A DNA stretch of 59,006 nucleotides from an uncultured Flavobacteriales bacterium (GTDB lineage: Bacteria; Bacteroidota; Bacteroidia; Flavobacteriales_D; Crocinitomicaceae), in NCBI GenBank assembly GCA_903899795.1, contig CAIUKX010000197.1, positions 1 to 59,006 of the forward strand, written 5' to 3'. Of the stretch, positions 18,781 through 27,446 are shown piece by piece (position 1 is the first letter of the stretch; the number at the start of each line of letters is the position of its first letter). The translations under genes were made by a program, and so were the position numbers. The notes under the pieces are model-generated. The model did not search any database and was not told the origin of the DNA. It saw only the letters and a program-made list of their open reading frames with translations.

Positions 18781-18907
18781 TAGACAGAAGACTTCAAGAC
18801 AGAAGACATAAGACTCGTGGTAGGTTTATCTAATAAAAAAGTCAAGGGGATATTAATTGATCCCAATAATTGGTCTTTTTTCTTGAAGTCTTATCTCTTT
18901 GAGTCTA
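18781..18907. repeat. AGAC/GTCT inverted-repeat element abutting the hemJ stop codon
   Basis: Left arm TAGAC AGAAGAC TTCAAGAC AGAAGAC ATAAGAC (7-8 nt units). Right arm GGTCTTTTTTCTTGAAGTCTTATCTCTTTGAGTCTA. A perfect 11-bp inverted repeat, AAGACTTCAAG 18788-18798 versus 18882-18892. Confidence 0.7.
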
Positions 18908-19444
18908 AGATTTAGTTCTAAATCGTTTATAAATTTTTATACCGATCATCAATCCGATGGCAACGGCAAAAAATCCGATAGTTCCTTTGATCCAGTTCAG
19001 AGAATCTTTCATTACAACCAAAAAAACGATAGCTACTAAAGCCAATGTTGCGACTTCATTCCACATTCTTAATCCGTTTGATTTCCATGTGAAAATTCCT
19101 TTTTTCAAGTTGTTCATGATTTTCTGACATACAAAATGGTAGACCAGTAAGAGAGCGACAAATGTCAATTTGATGTGCATCCACCCGGCATGTAAATAAT
19201 AATCCGGATTTAAAAGAATCATCCATGTTCCGAATACGATGGTTAAAATCATTGCTGGAGTTGTGATGATCCACCATAATTTTTTCTCCATGATCTGGTA
19301 TTGGTTCGACAGAATTTCTTTCGCCACTTCATCTCGTTCTTGGGCTTCGGTGTGGTAAATGAACAAACGAACGATGTAGAAAAGTCCCGCAAACCAGCTG
19401 ACCACAAAAATAATATGAAGTGCTTTTACTGTATTAATATCCAT
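18905..19444 (-). CDS. hemJ: Protoporphyrinogen IX oxidase HemJ (CopD/UPF0093 family)
   Basis: KALHIIFVVSWFAGLFYIVRLFIYH N-terminus, 4-5 TM, about 180 aa. Confidence 0.75.
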   Translation of the reverse strand: MDINTVKALHIIFVVSWFAGLFYIVRLFIYHTEAQERDEVAKEILSNQYQIMEKKLWWIITTPAMILTIVFGTWMILLNPDYYLHAGWMHIKLTFVALLLVYHFVCQKIMNNLKKGIFTWKSNGLRMWNEVATLALVAIVFLVVMKDSLNWIKGTIGFFAVAIGLMIGIKIYKRFRTKS

Positions 19445-19463
19445 GCTGCAAAGATAACTTGAA

Positions 19464-19552
19464 TTTTTGATGTTGAATGTTGAAAGATGAATTTATACTG
19501 GCATTTTGATGTTATAATTCAATATCAAACATTAAAAATTCAACATTAAAAA
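19464..19552. repeat. GATGTTG/AATGTTG heptamer repeats forming an imperfect inverted repeat in the hemJ-lysS divergent spacer
   Basis: TTTTTGATGTTGAATGTT (19464-19481) versus the reverse complement of AAAATTCAACATTAAAAA (19535-19552). Confidence 0.5.
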
Positions 19553-19554
19553 GC

Positions 19555-19562
19555 TATCTTTG
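19555..19562 (+). promoter_or_regulatory. Bacteroidota sigma-A -7 box (TAnnTTTG) upstream of lysS
   Basis: TATCTTTG lies 20 nt upstream of the lysS ATG and matches the published Bacteroidetes -7 consensus. Confidence 0.45.
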
Positions 19563-19581
19563 CGACTTCAAAATTTATAAA

Positions 19582-21294
19582 ATGAGTGTAATAGAACTTT
19601 CCGAACAAGAAATTCAGCGCCGCGAGTCGTTGAAAAAATTGCGCGAGATGGGTATCGAGCCATACCCAGCCGATTTGTATCCTGTAACTGATTATGCAGC
19701 AGGCATAAAGGAAAAGTTTGAAGATAAGAAGAAGGTGTGTATTGCGGGACGCATGATGAGTCAGCGGGTAATGGGAAAAGCTTCCTTTGCTGAGATTCAG
19801 GATTCGACCGGAAGAGTTCAGGTATATTTCAACCGGGATGAAATTTGTCCGGGTGAAGACAAAACTTTGTACAATGATGTTTTCAAAAAATTACTCGATT
19901 TGGGTGATTTCATTGGGATCAAAGGGTATATGTTCACAACTCAGGTGGGTGAAATTTCCGTTCATGTGGAAGAATTCACCTTGTTGAGTAAATCACTCCG
20001 ACCATTACCTCTCCCGAAAGTGGATGCTGAAGGAAAAGTTCACGATGCGTTTACCGATCCTGAGTTGCGTTACAGAATGCGCTACGTTGATTTGGTGGTA
20101 AATCCTCAGGTGAAAGATGTTTTCTATAAACGAACAAAATTGTTCAATGCCATGCGTCACTTCTTCAATGAAGCTGGTTACATGGAAGTTGAAACGCCAG
20201 TTTTACAACCAATTCCTGGTGGAGCAGCAGCAAAACCGTTCATTACACACCACAATGCGTTGGATATGCCTTTGTACATGCGGATCGCGAATGAGTTGTA
20301 TCTGAAACGATTGATCGTTGGTGGATTTGATGGCGTGTATGAATTCTCCAAAAACTTCAGAAATGAAGGAATGGACCGAACTCACAATCCTGAATTCACA
20401 GCCATGGAAATCTATGTAGCCTACAAAGACTACAACTGGATGATGGAATTTACTGAGAATTTATTGGAGTATTGTGCGATGCAGGTGAATGGGACAACTG
20501 TGGCGACTTTTGTTGATCATACAGTTGATTTCAAAGCTCCTTACGCCCGTGTTTCGATGACGGATGCGATCAAGAATTTTACAGGGTTTGATATCACAGG
20601 AAAATCTGAAGCTGAATTGAGAGAAGCGGCTAAAGGGATGGGAATTGATGTCAACGAAACCATGGGTAAAGGGAAGTTAATCGATGAGATTTTCGGCGCA
20701 AAATGTGAAGGAAACTTTATTCAACCGACTTTTATTACAGATTATCCGAAGGATATGAGTCCATTGACGAAAGTTCACCGTGATAATCCCGAGTTGACTG
20801 AACGTTTTGAGTTGATGGTTTGTGGAAAAGAAATTGCAAATGCATATTCCGAGTTGAACGATCCGATCGATCAGCGTGAACGTTTTGAAGAGCAAATGAA
20901 ACTTTCTGAAAAAGGAGATGATGAAGCGATGTTCATTGATCAGGATTTCCTGAGAGCATTGGAATACGGGATGCCCCCGACTTCAGGTTTGGGAATAGGA
21001 ATGGATAGATTATTAATGTTCCTGACGAACAATCCTGCGATTCAGGAAGTATTGTTCTTCCCACAGATGCGCCAGGAAAAGTTTCAGTCAGGCCCTGATT
21101 TGGAATCCTTCAAAAAAATTGGAGTTCCTAAAGAATGGGCTGAACATGTTTTCAAAGCAGGATATAGTTCAACGGAAGATTTGCTTCAAGCTAAACCAAC
21201 AGCCGTTCATCAGCAGTTGAACGGATATAGAAAGAAAAATAAGTTAGACATCGATGCGCTTCAATTGGAAGAAGTGCAGGAGTGGTATAAATAA
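19582..21294 (+). CDS. lysS: Lysine--tRNA ligase (class II) with a Bacteroidota-type C-terminal extension
   Basis: OB-fold N-domain, class II motifs (FRNEGMDRTHNPEFT, GMDRLLMFL), about 70 aa extra at the C-terminus. Confidence 0.97.
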   Translation: MSVIELSEQEIQRRESLKKLREMGIEPYPADLYPVTDYAAGIKEKFEDKKKVCIAGRMMSQRVMGKASFAEIQDSTGRVQVYFNRDEICPGEDKTLYNDVFKKLLDLGDFIGIKGYMFTTQVGEISVHVEEFTLLSKSLRPLPLPKVDAEGKVHDAFTDPELRYRMRYVDLVVNPQVKDVFYKRTKLFNAMRHFFNEAGYMEVETPVLQPIPGGAAAKPFITHHNALDMPLYMRIANELYLKRLIVGGFDGVYEFSKNFRNEGMDRTHNPEFTAMEIYVAYKDYNWMMEFTENLLEYCAMQVNGTTVATFVDHTVDFKAPYARVSMTDAIKNFTGFDITGKSEAELREAAKGMGIDVNETMGKGKLIDEIFGAKCEGNFIQPTFITDYPKDMSPLTKVHRDNPELTERFELMVCGKEIANAYSELNDPIDQRERFEEQMKLSEKGDDEAMFIDQDFLRALEYGMPPTSGLGIGMDRLLMFLTNNPAIQEVLFFPQMRQEKFQSGPDLESFKKIGVPKEWAEHVFKAGYSSTEDLLQAKPTAVHQQLNGYRKKNKLDIDALQLEEVQEWYK

Positions 21295-21310
21295 TATTGA
21301 TAAAATGGAG

Positions 21311-21338
21311 TAGAGGGGTTTTGTATAAAATCCCTCTA
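21311..21338 (+). terminator. Hairpin terminator downstream of lysS
   Basis: TAGAGGGGTTTT-GTAT-AAAATCCCTCTA: 12-bp stem (one G-U) with a 4-nt loop, 17 nt after the stop. Confidence 0.6.
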
Positions 21339-21407
21339 TCTAAATCGATTTTATGATTGTTAAAAAATGATAATGAACCCACCACCGTCAAATAAATCAG
21401 TTGATTA

Positions 21408-21439
21408 TTTGTTATAACCGACAATAAGCAATAAATTTG
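21408..21439 (+). promoter_or_regulatory. Candidate dxs promoter (-33 TTTG, -7 TAAATTTG)
   Basis: TTTG at 21408-21411 and TAAATTTG at 21432-21439, spacing 20 nt; ATG at 21457. Confidence 0.5.
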
Positions 21440-21456
21440 CTTGAGATAGAAAAACT

Positions 21457-23415
21457 ATGGCAGACTACAAAGCAGGTCCTTTTTTAGAACAAATCGATGT
21501 TCCAAGTGATTTAAGAGAGAAATTCAAAATGGAGGATTTACCTCAGGTTTCTGATGAATTACGGCAATACATTGTGGATGTGATTTCTGAAATAGGAAAC
21601 AGTCACTTTGGAGCCAGCCTTGGAGTTGTCGAATTATCGGTTGCACTTCACTATGTTTTCAATACACCTTATGATCAATTGGTTTGGGATGTTGGTCACC
21701 AAGCGTATGGTCATAAAATCTTAACGGGACGACGTTCTGTTTTTCATACAAATAGAATCAAAGGTGGAATCTCCGGATTCCCGAAACGATCGGAAAGTGA
21801 ATACGATACATTTGGTGTTGGTCACTCTTCGACTTCTATATCTGCTGCTTTAGGAATGGCTGTTGCCAATCATCAGAAAGGTGAAAAAAATCGACATCAC
21901 ATTGCTGTTATCGGTGATGGTGCAATGACTGCCGGAATGGCTTTCGAAGGTTTGAATCATGCCGGATTTGAAAAAGACGCCAATTTGTTGGTTGTTTTGA
22001 ACGACAATTGCATGTCTATCGATCCGAATGTGGGTGCTTTGAAAGAATATTTGACGGATATTACGACTTCACATACCTACAACAAAGTAAAAGATGAGGT
22101 ATGGAAATTATTGGGGAAAATCTCGAAATTTGGTCCTGATGCACAAACCGTTGCTTCCAAAATTTCGTCGGCTCTCAAAGGCTCATTGCTGAAACAAAGT
22201 AATTTATTTGAATCTTTTAACTTCCGTTATTTTGGTCCGGTTGATGGTCACGATGTGATTGGATTGGCGAAAGTAATGCAGGATTTGAAAGATATCCCCG
22301 GTCCTAAATTGTTACACATTGTAACGATGAAAGGGAAAGGATATAAATATTCCGAAGAAGGAAATCCTACGAAATGGCATGCTCCAGGTGTTTTCAATAA
22401 AGAAACGGGTGAAATTGTCAAGATTGTTCCTAAAGCCCCACAACCACCAAAATACCAGGATGTTTTTGGTCACACGATTGTGGAATTAGCTGAACAAAAT
22501 GAAAAAATAATGGGAATCACTCCCGCAATGCCATCAGGTTGTTCATTGAATATCATGATGGAAGCAATGCCTGAACGTTCTTTCGATGTTGGAATTGCCG
22601 AACAACATGCTGTGACTTTTTCAGCTGGTTTAGCGACGCAGGGAATGGTGCCGTTTTGTAATATTTATTCTTCCTTTATGCAACGCGCTTACGATCAGGT
22701 ATTGCACGATGTTGCACTTCAAAATTTGAACGTTGTTTTATGTTTGGATAGAGGAGGATTGGTAGGTGCTGACGGAGCGACTCATCACGGAGCTTATGAT
22801 TTGGCTTATATGCGTTGCATTCCGAATTTAGTTGTTTCAGCGCCGATGAATGAGGCTGAATTGCGTAATTTGATGTATACAGCTCAGCAAGAAAATATGG
22901 GGCCATTCTCCATTCGTTATCCACGAGGAAACGGTGTGATGACCGAATGGAAAACGATGATGAAAGCTATCAAAGTTGGCACAGGTAGAAAGGTGACGAG
23001 CGGTGAAGATATTGCAATCGTTACGATTGGACATCCAGGTAATTATGCGCAGGATGCTATTGAATCCTTCAAAGGTTCAGGTGTTTCTATTGCACATTAT
23101 GACATGCGTTTTGTGAAACCGATCGATGAAGTGATGCTACACGAAGTATTCTCAAAATTCTCGAAAGTGATTACGGTTGAAGACGGTTGTGTCATGGGTG
23201 GATTTGGTTCTGCCGTTATCGAATTCATGGTAGACCACAAGTACGCTGCTGAAGTAGTTCGTTTGGGAATTCCTGATCGATATGTACACCATGGAACAGT
23301 TGAAGAATTACAAGCAGAATGTGGTTTCGATACAAACGGAATTATCTCGACGGTAAAATCCATGTTGAATTTGTCGGCTGATGCTTCTGAAGAATTGGAG
23401 GAGAAGGTAGGGTGA
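21457..23415 (+). CDS. dxs: 1-deoxy-D-xylulose-5-phosphate synthase
   Basis: GHSSTSISAALGMA, TPP-binding IGDGAMTAGMAFEGLNHAG, transketolase-like C-terminal domains. Confidence 0.97.
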   Translation: MADYKAGPFLEQIDVPSDLREKFKMEDLPQVSDELRQYIVDVISEIGNSHFGASLGVVELSVALHYVFNTPYDQLVWDVGHQAYGHKILTGRRSVFHTNRIKGGISGFPKRSESEYDTFGVGHSSTSISAALGMAVANHQKGEKNRHHIAVIGDGAMTAGMAFEGLNHAGFEKDANLLVVLNDNCMSIDPNVGALKEYLTDITTSHTYNKVKDEVWKLLGKISKFGPDAQTVASKISSALKGSLLKQSNLFESFNFRYFGPVDGHDVIGLAKVMQDLKDIPGPKLLHIVTMKGKGYKYSEEGNPTKWHAPGVFNKETGEIVKIVPKAPQPPKYQDVFGHTIVELAEQNEKIMGITPAMPSGCSLNIMMEAMPERSFDVGIAEQHAVTFSAGLATQGMVPFCNIYSSFMQRAYDQVLHDVALQNLNVVLCLDRGGLVGADGATHHGAYDLAYMRCIPNLVVSAPMNEAELRNLMYTAQQENMGPFSIRYPRGNGVMTEWKTMMKAIKVGTGRKVTSGEDIAIVTIGHPGNYAQDAIESFKGSGVSIAHYDMRFVKPIDEVMLHEVFSKFSKVITVEDGCVMGGFGSAVIEFMVDHKYAAEVVRLGIPDRYVHHGTVEELQAECGFDTNGIISTVKSMLNLSADASEELEEKVG

Positions 23416-23418
23416 TAT

Positions 23419-23502
23419 AACCACAGAGGTCACAAAGTTTAACTCAGAGTTCATTAATTTTGCTTTGTGAACCTCTTGTAAACCTTGGTGTTCTCAGTGG
23501 TT
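23419..23502. repeat. REP-like nested imperfect hairpin filling the convergent dxs/oxidoreductase gap
   Basis: AACCACAGAGGTCACAAAG...CTTTGTGAACCTCTTG...CTCAGTGGTT. The inner stem has a 1-nt bulge; the outer stem is AACCAC/GTGGTT. Confidence 0.6.
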
Positions 23503-23507
23503 CAAGA

Positions 23508-24743
23508 TCAATAATGCAAAACCTCTAAATCGATACTAGCTTTTTTATTGTCGACTAATTCCTCTACCAATTTCCCTGTTGCAGGTGCTAAACTCAAACC
23601 CATCATTGCATGTCCTGTTGCTAAAATGACATTAGAATGGCGGTCTGATCGACAAATAATCGGTAAACCCGTTGCGGTACAAGGGCGAAAACCAAACCAG
23701 ATATCTTTCTCTTTGGGATCTTCGAATTGAAGGTTCGGATAAAATGAATGGATAGTCGATAAAATTCCTTCCAGACGTTTCATGTTGATTTTAGTATCTT
23801 TCGTATGCGTAATTTCCATCGTTCCACCGAAACGCAAATCATTTCCTATCGGTGTTACAGCAACTTTTCCTTCACATAAAATAGAAGGTACAACTGGTTT
23901 TTGGAATTGATCTTTCAATGTAAAACTGTAACCTTTTCCAGGTAAGAGTGAGATGGAAATTCCAAGTTTTTTTGCCAATTCCGGACTCCATGCACCCGTT
24001 GCAATGATTACTTCATCAGTAGCGAAAGTTCCTTTATTGGTAATGACTTCTGTAATCGCATTTCTGTTGTCTTTGAAATCTAGAACTTCGGTTTGTTTGG
24101 AGATTTCTACTCCCAATTTATCTAATTCTGTCAATAAAAAAGCAAATAATTTGTTGGGAGAAAGATGTGCGTCCGATTTATAATGAACCGCTCCAACTGC
24201 AGTCGTTTCAACTCCCGTTTCAACGGATGGAATTTGATCTTTCGATAAAAAATCTACTTCCAATCCCATGCTTTGTGCTTCTTTCCCTTCGTGAATGATC
24301 TCTTCGCCTACTTTATCTGATTTATAAAGCATCAATAACCCTTTCTCCTGGTACAAAAATTCATCTGTTTGTTTTGCCCAATCCTGGTAGAGTTCTTTGC
24401 TCAAAAGAGAAATATCTCTCAATACCGGCATCGATTTTTCTACGTGACTCGCTGTTGCTGTTCGGTAGAATTTCAATCCCCATTTGAACAAATCCATGCT
24501 AAAGCGTGGTTGCACATAAAAAGGACTTTTGCTGTCGAACATCCACTTGATTCCCTGTGCCATCATTCCCGGCTGTGCAAACGGGATCAAATGCGATGGA
24601 ACAATCATTCCTGCATTTCCGAATGAACATCCGTTGGTCATATCCGTCCGATCAATGATCGTCACTTTATGTCCGGCTTTTGCCAGATAATAGGCAGATG
24701 ATAAACCTACTATTCCTCCTCCTATGATGACACAATTTTTCAT
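23508..24743 (-). CDS. FAD-dependent oxidoreductase (D-amino-acid/D-hydroxyproline dehydrogenase-like)
   Basis: Start chosen at MKNCVIIGGGIVGLSSAYYLAKAGHKV (Rossmann GxGxxG); the track ORF extends to 24806. Lies in the hydroxyproline cluster. Confidence 0.85.
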   Translation of the reverse strand: MKNCVIIGGGIVGLSSAYYLAKAGHKVTIIDRTDMTNGCSFGNAGMIVPSHLIPFAQPGMMAQGIKWMFDSKSPFYVQPRFSMDLFKWGLKFYRTATASHVEKSMPVLRDISLLSKELYQDWAKQTDEFLYQEKGLLMLYKSDKVGEEIIHEGKEAQSMGLEVDFLSKDQIPSVETGVETTAVGAVHYKSDAHLSPNKLFAFLLTELDKLGVEISKQTEVLDFKDNRNAITEVITNKGTFATDEVIIATGAWSPELAKKLGISISLLPGKGYSFTLKDQFQKPVVPSILCEGKVAVTPIGNDLRFGGTMEITHTKDTKINMKRLEGILSTIHSFYPNLQFEDPKEKDIWFGFRPCTATGLPIICRSDRHSNVILATGHAMMGLSLAPATGKLVEELVDNKKASIDLEVLHY

Positions 24744-24826
24744 ATTGTTTGTTTTTCCTAATAATTGTTGTGGTGGTTGTATTGTGGTTGAGACGTTGCA
24801 TTGCAACGTCTCTAGCCAATAATATA

Positions 24827-25828
24827 TCAGATTACCTGAAATCCGAATGCATACGGATCATTTTCATCAATGATAATAGTGTTGTATCCTGTGACTTTTG
24901 CCCAACCTTCGATACTCGGAACGATTGCTTTTTTTCCGTCAAGGGTTGTTTCTTCTTCGATCCGTCCAATGAACTGAGATCCAATGATGCTTTCGTGTAC
25001 AAATTCTTCTCCTTTGGTCAATTTTCCTTTGGTGTACCATTGTGCCATACGAGCGGAAGTTCCGGTTCCACATGGAGAACGATCAATGGCTTTGTCGCCG
25101 TAGAATACCGCGTTTCTCGCACTTGCTTTGTCGGAAATCGTTTCACCCGTCCATAACAAATGGCTCAAACCACAGATGGTTGGATTTTCAGGATGAACGA
25201 ATGTATGATTTTCATTGATCTGTTTTCTCAATACCCTACTCCAGCTGATTAACTGATCGGCTGTATATTCTTGCAAACCCTTGAAATTTTCTTGTACATC
25301 AACAATTGCGTAGAAATTACCACCATAGGCAACATCAACCGTTAATTTTCCAAGATCCGGACAAATTACTTCAATATTTTCTGCTGCCAGATACGATTTG
25401 ATATTGGTCAATCGGACAGAGGTTACTTTATTACCCTCTTGTTGGTAAGTGACATGAACTAATCCTGCTGGAGTTTCCAAACGCAATTTCCCAGGGATTT
25501 TGGGAGTCACCAAACCTTCTTCAATCATGATTGTAACGGTTCCTATCGTTCCATGTCCGCACATTGGTAAACATCCGCTGGTTTCGATGAAAAGAATACC
25601 TACATCGTTTGCAGGATCACTTGGTGGATAGAGAATACTTCCGCTCATCATGTCGTGTCCTCTAGGTTCGAACATCAAACCTTTACGGATCCAATCGAAT
25701 TCACGCAAAAAGTGCTGACGTTTTTCACTCATGTTTGCCCCTTCTAAAAAAGGACCACCTCCTGAAACAACGCGTACTGGGTTACCACAGGTGTGTGCGT
25801 CTATACATGAAAATGTTTTTCTGATCAT
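24827..25828 (-). CDS. 4-hydroxyproline 2-epimerase (proline racemase family, Cys/Cys type)
   Basis: Both catalytic Cys motifs are present: LPMCGHGTIG and DRSPCGTGTSA. Confidence 0.85.
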   Translation of the reverse strand: MIRKTFSCIDAHTCGNPVRVVSGGGPFLEGANMSEKRQHFLREFDWIRKGLMFEPRGHDMMSGSILYPPSDPANDVGILFIETSGCLPMCGHGTIGTVTIMIEEGLVTPKIPGKLRLETPAGLVHVTYQQEGNKVTSVRLTNIKSYLAAENIEVICPDLGKLTVDVAYGGNFYAIVDVQENFKGLQEYTADQLISWSRVLRKQINENHTFVHPENPTICGLSHLLWTGETISDKASARNAVFYGDKAIDRSPCGTGTSARMAQWYTKGKLTKGEEFVHESIIGSQFIGRIEEETTLDGKKAIVPSIEGWAKVTGYNTIIIDENDPYAFGFQVI

Positions 25829-27435
25829 ATATTCAATTCCTTTGTAGTTGATTCTATAGCTTTCGCTGTCGATATATTGTTGACCAAGCGGATAATTCCC
25901 AACGGATTTTCGTCTTTCAATTCCAAAGGAAGTAATTCTTGAGGCCAGTTTTGATAAGAAAAAGGTCGAACCCAGCGTTTGATAGCATGAATTCCAACTG
26001 CAGTGAAACGACTATCTGAAGATGCAGGGTAAGGACCGCCGTGAACGATAGACGGGCAAACTTCAACCCCTGTCGGAACACCATTAAAAACGATTCGGCC
26101 TACTCTGTTTTGCAAAGCGCTGATTACGTTTGTATAGTTGGCCAATTCAGAAGAATCACTGATGATTGTACCTGTCAATTGACCTTCCAAAGCTTTGATT
26201 ACAGCTACCAGTTCCTGTTCATTTTCACATTGGACAACCAAAGCAAATGGACCGAAAACTTCAGTGTGTAAAGTGTGATTAGCTAAAAAAGTTTTGCCTT
26301 CTACCGTTGTCAGTCGTTGTTGTGCATAATTCGGTTTTACATCCTGTTCATAAGCAGCAACTACACTAACACCGGATTGAGAAGAAATTAATTCCTTACC
26401 GTGATTGAAATTCGAATGAATACTGGAATGCAGCATACAACCCTGAGCAAGAGCTACCAATTTTGCACCCAAATCTTCCGTATATTGAGATAATAAATCC
26501 CCTTTTATTCCTAAAATTAAACCGGGTTTCGTACAAAATTGTCCTGTACCTCCTGAAATGGATTCTGCATAGGCTGTTGACCATTTGTCCAGATCATTTT
26601 GCAGAGCACCTGGAAGAATAACTACAGGATTGATACTTCCCATTTCGGCAAAAACAGGAATTGGTTCTTCACGTTGAGCAGCTATATCATATAATGCCCT
26701 TCCACCTTGAATACTTCCCGTAAATCCAACTCCTTTTACAAAAGGATGAGATACAAGTTGAGCACCGACAGTTCGTCCACCTCCAGTTAGATTAGAGAAA
26801 ACACCGTTTGGCATTCCACATTTCTGAACCGCTTTGATAATTGCAGAAGCAACCATCTCACCTGTCCCCGCATGCATGGAATGCGACTTTACGATTACAG
26901 GACAACCCGATGCTAGTGCACTGGCAGTATCACCACCAGCTGTTGAATAGGCAAACGGAAAATTACTGGATCCGAAAACAACGATTGGACCGATGGGAAT
27001 TGACATTTTTCGGATGTCTAATTTCGGTAAAGGAGTTCGCTCGGGAATTGCCGTATCAATAGCAGCATCCACCCAGGAACCTTCCTGAATCAAATTGGCA
27101 AATGAACGCAATTGAAATAAAGTTCTACCTCTTTCACCTTCAGCTCTTCCTCGTGGGAGTCCGGATTCCTGGCAATAAACCTCTAACAACGAGTCACCCA
27201 ATGCTTCAATTTCACTGGCAATGGTAGTGAGAAAATCAGCCTTTTTTTCTGAAGAAACAGTTCTGTATATTTCGAATGCATCCCAAGCCAGTTGTACCGC
27301 TTCATCAACTTCTTCCGAAGTAGCTTCTGTAAAAATCCATTCGTTTGAACTATTCAATGCCGGATTTAGTGACTGGAAAGTTTTGTCTCCTTTTGCAGAA
27401 AGTTTATTTCCGATGTAATTTTTTCCTGTAATCAT
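25825..27435 (-). CDS. NAD(P)+-dependent aldehyde dehydrogenase, alpha-ketoglutaric semialdehyde dehydrogenase-like
   Basis: ALDH fold with EMGSINPV and GQFCTKPG catalytic Cys motif. 4-nt overlap with the epimerase gene. Confidence 0.8.
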   Translation of the reverse strand: MITGKNYIGNKLSAKGDKTFQSLNPALNSSNEWIFTEATSEEVDEAVQLAWDAFEIYRTVSSEKKADFLTTIASEIEALGDSLLEVYCQESGLPRGRAEGERGRTLFQLRSFANLIQEGSWVDAAIDTAIPERTPLPKLDIRKMSIPIGPIVVFGSSNFPFAYSTAGGDTASALASGCPVIVKSHSMHAGTGEMVASAIIKAVQKCGMPNGVFSNLTGGGRTVGAQLVSHPFVKGVGFTGSIQGGRALYDIAAQREEPIPVFAEMGSINPVVILPGALQNDLDKWSTAYAESISGGTGQFCTKPGLILGIKGDLLSQYTEDLGAKLVALAQGCMLHSSIHSNFNHGKELISSQSGVSVVAAYEQDVKPNYAQQRLTTVEGKTFLANHTLHTEVFGPFALVVQCENEQELVAVIKALEGQLTGTIISDSSELANYTNVISALQNRVGRIVFNGVPTGVEVCPSIVHGGPYPASSDSRFTAVGIHAIKRWVRPFSYQNWPQELLPLELKDENPLGIIRLVNNISTAKAIESTTKELNI

Positions 27436-27446
27436 TTTTCAATTGA

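Noticed and set aside
21079-21294. C-terminal extension of LysRS, about 70 aa
   Set aside because: LysRS of about 565-580 aa with this kind of helical C-terminal appendage is, as far as I recall, the norm in Bacteroidota. It is a lineage trait, not a novelty of this window.
24749-25156. 135-aa plus-strand ORF overlapping the hydroxyproline epimerase gene
   Set aside because: It is antisense to a gene with strong family motifs, and its product has no features.
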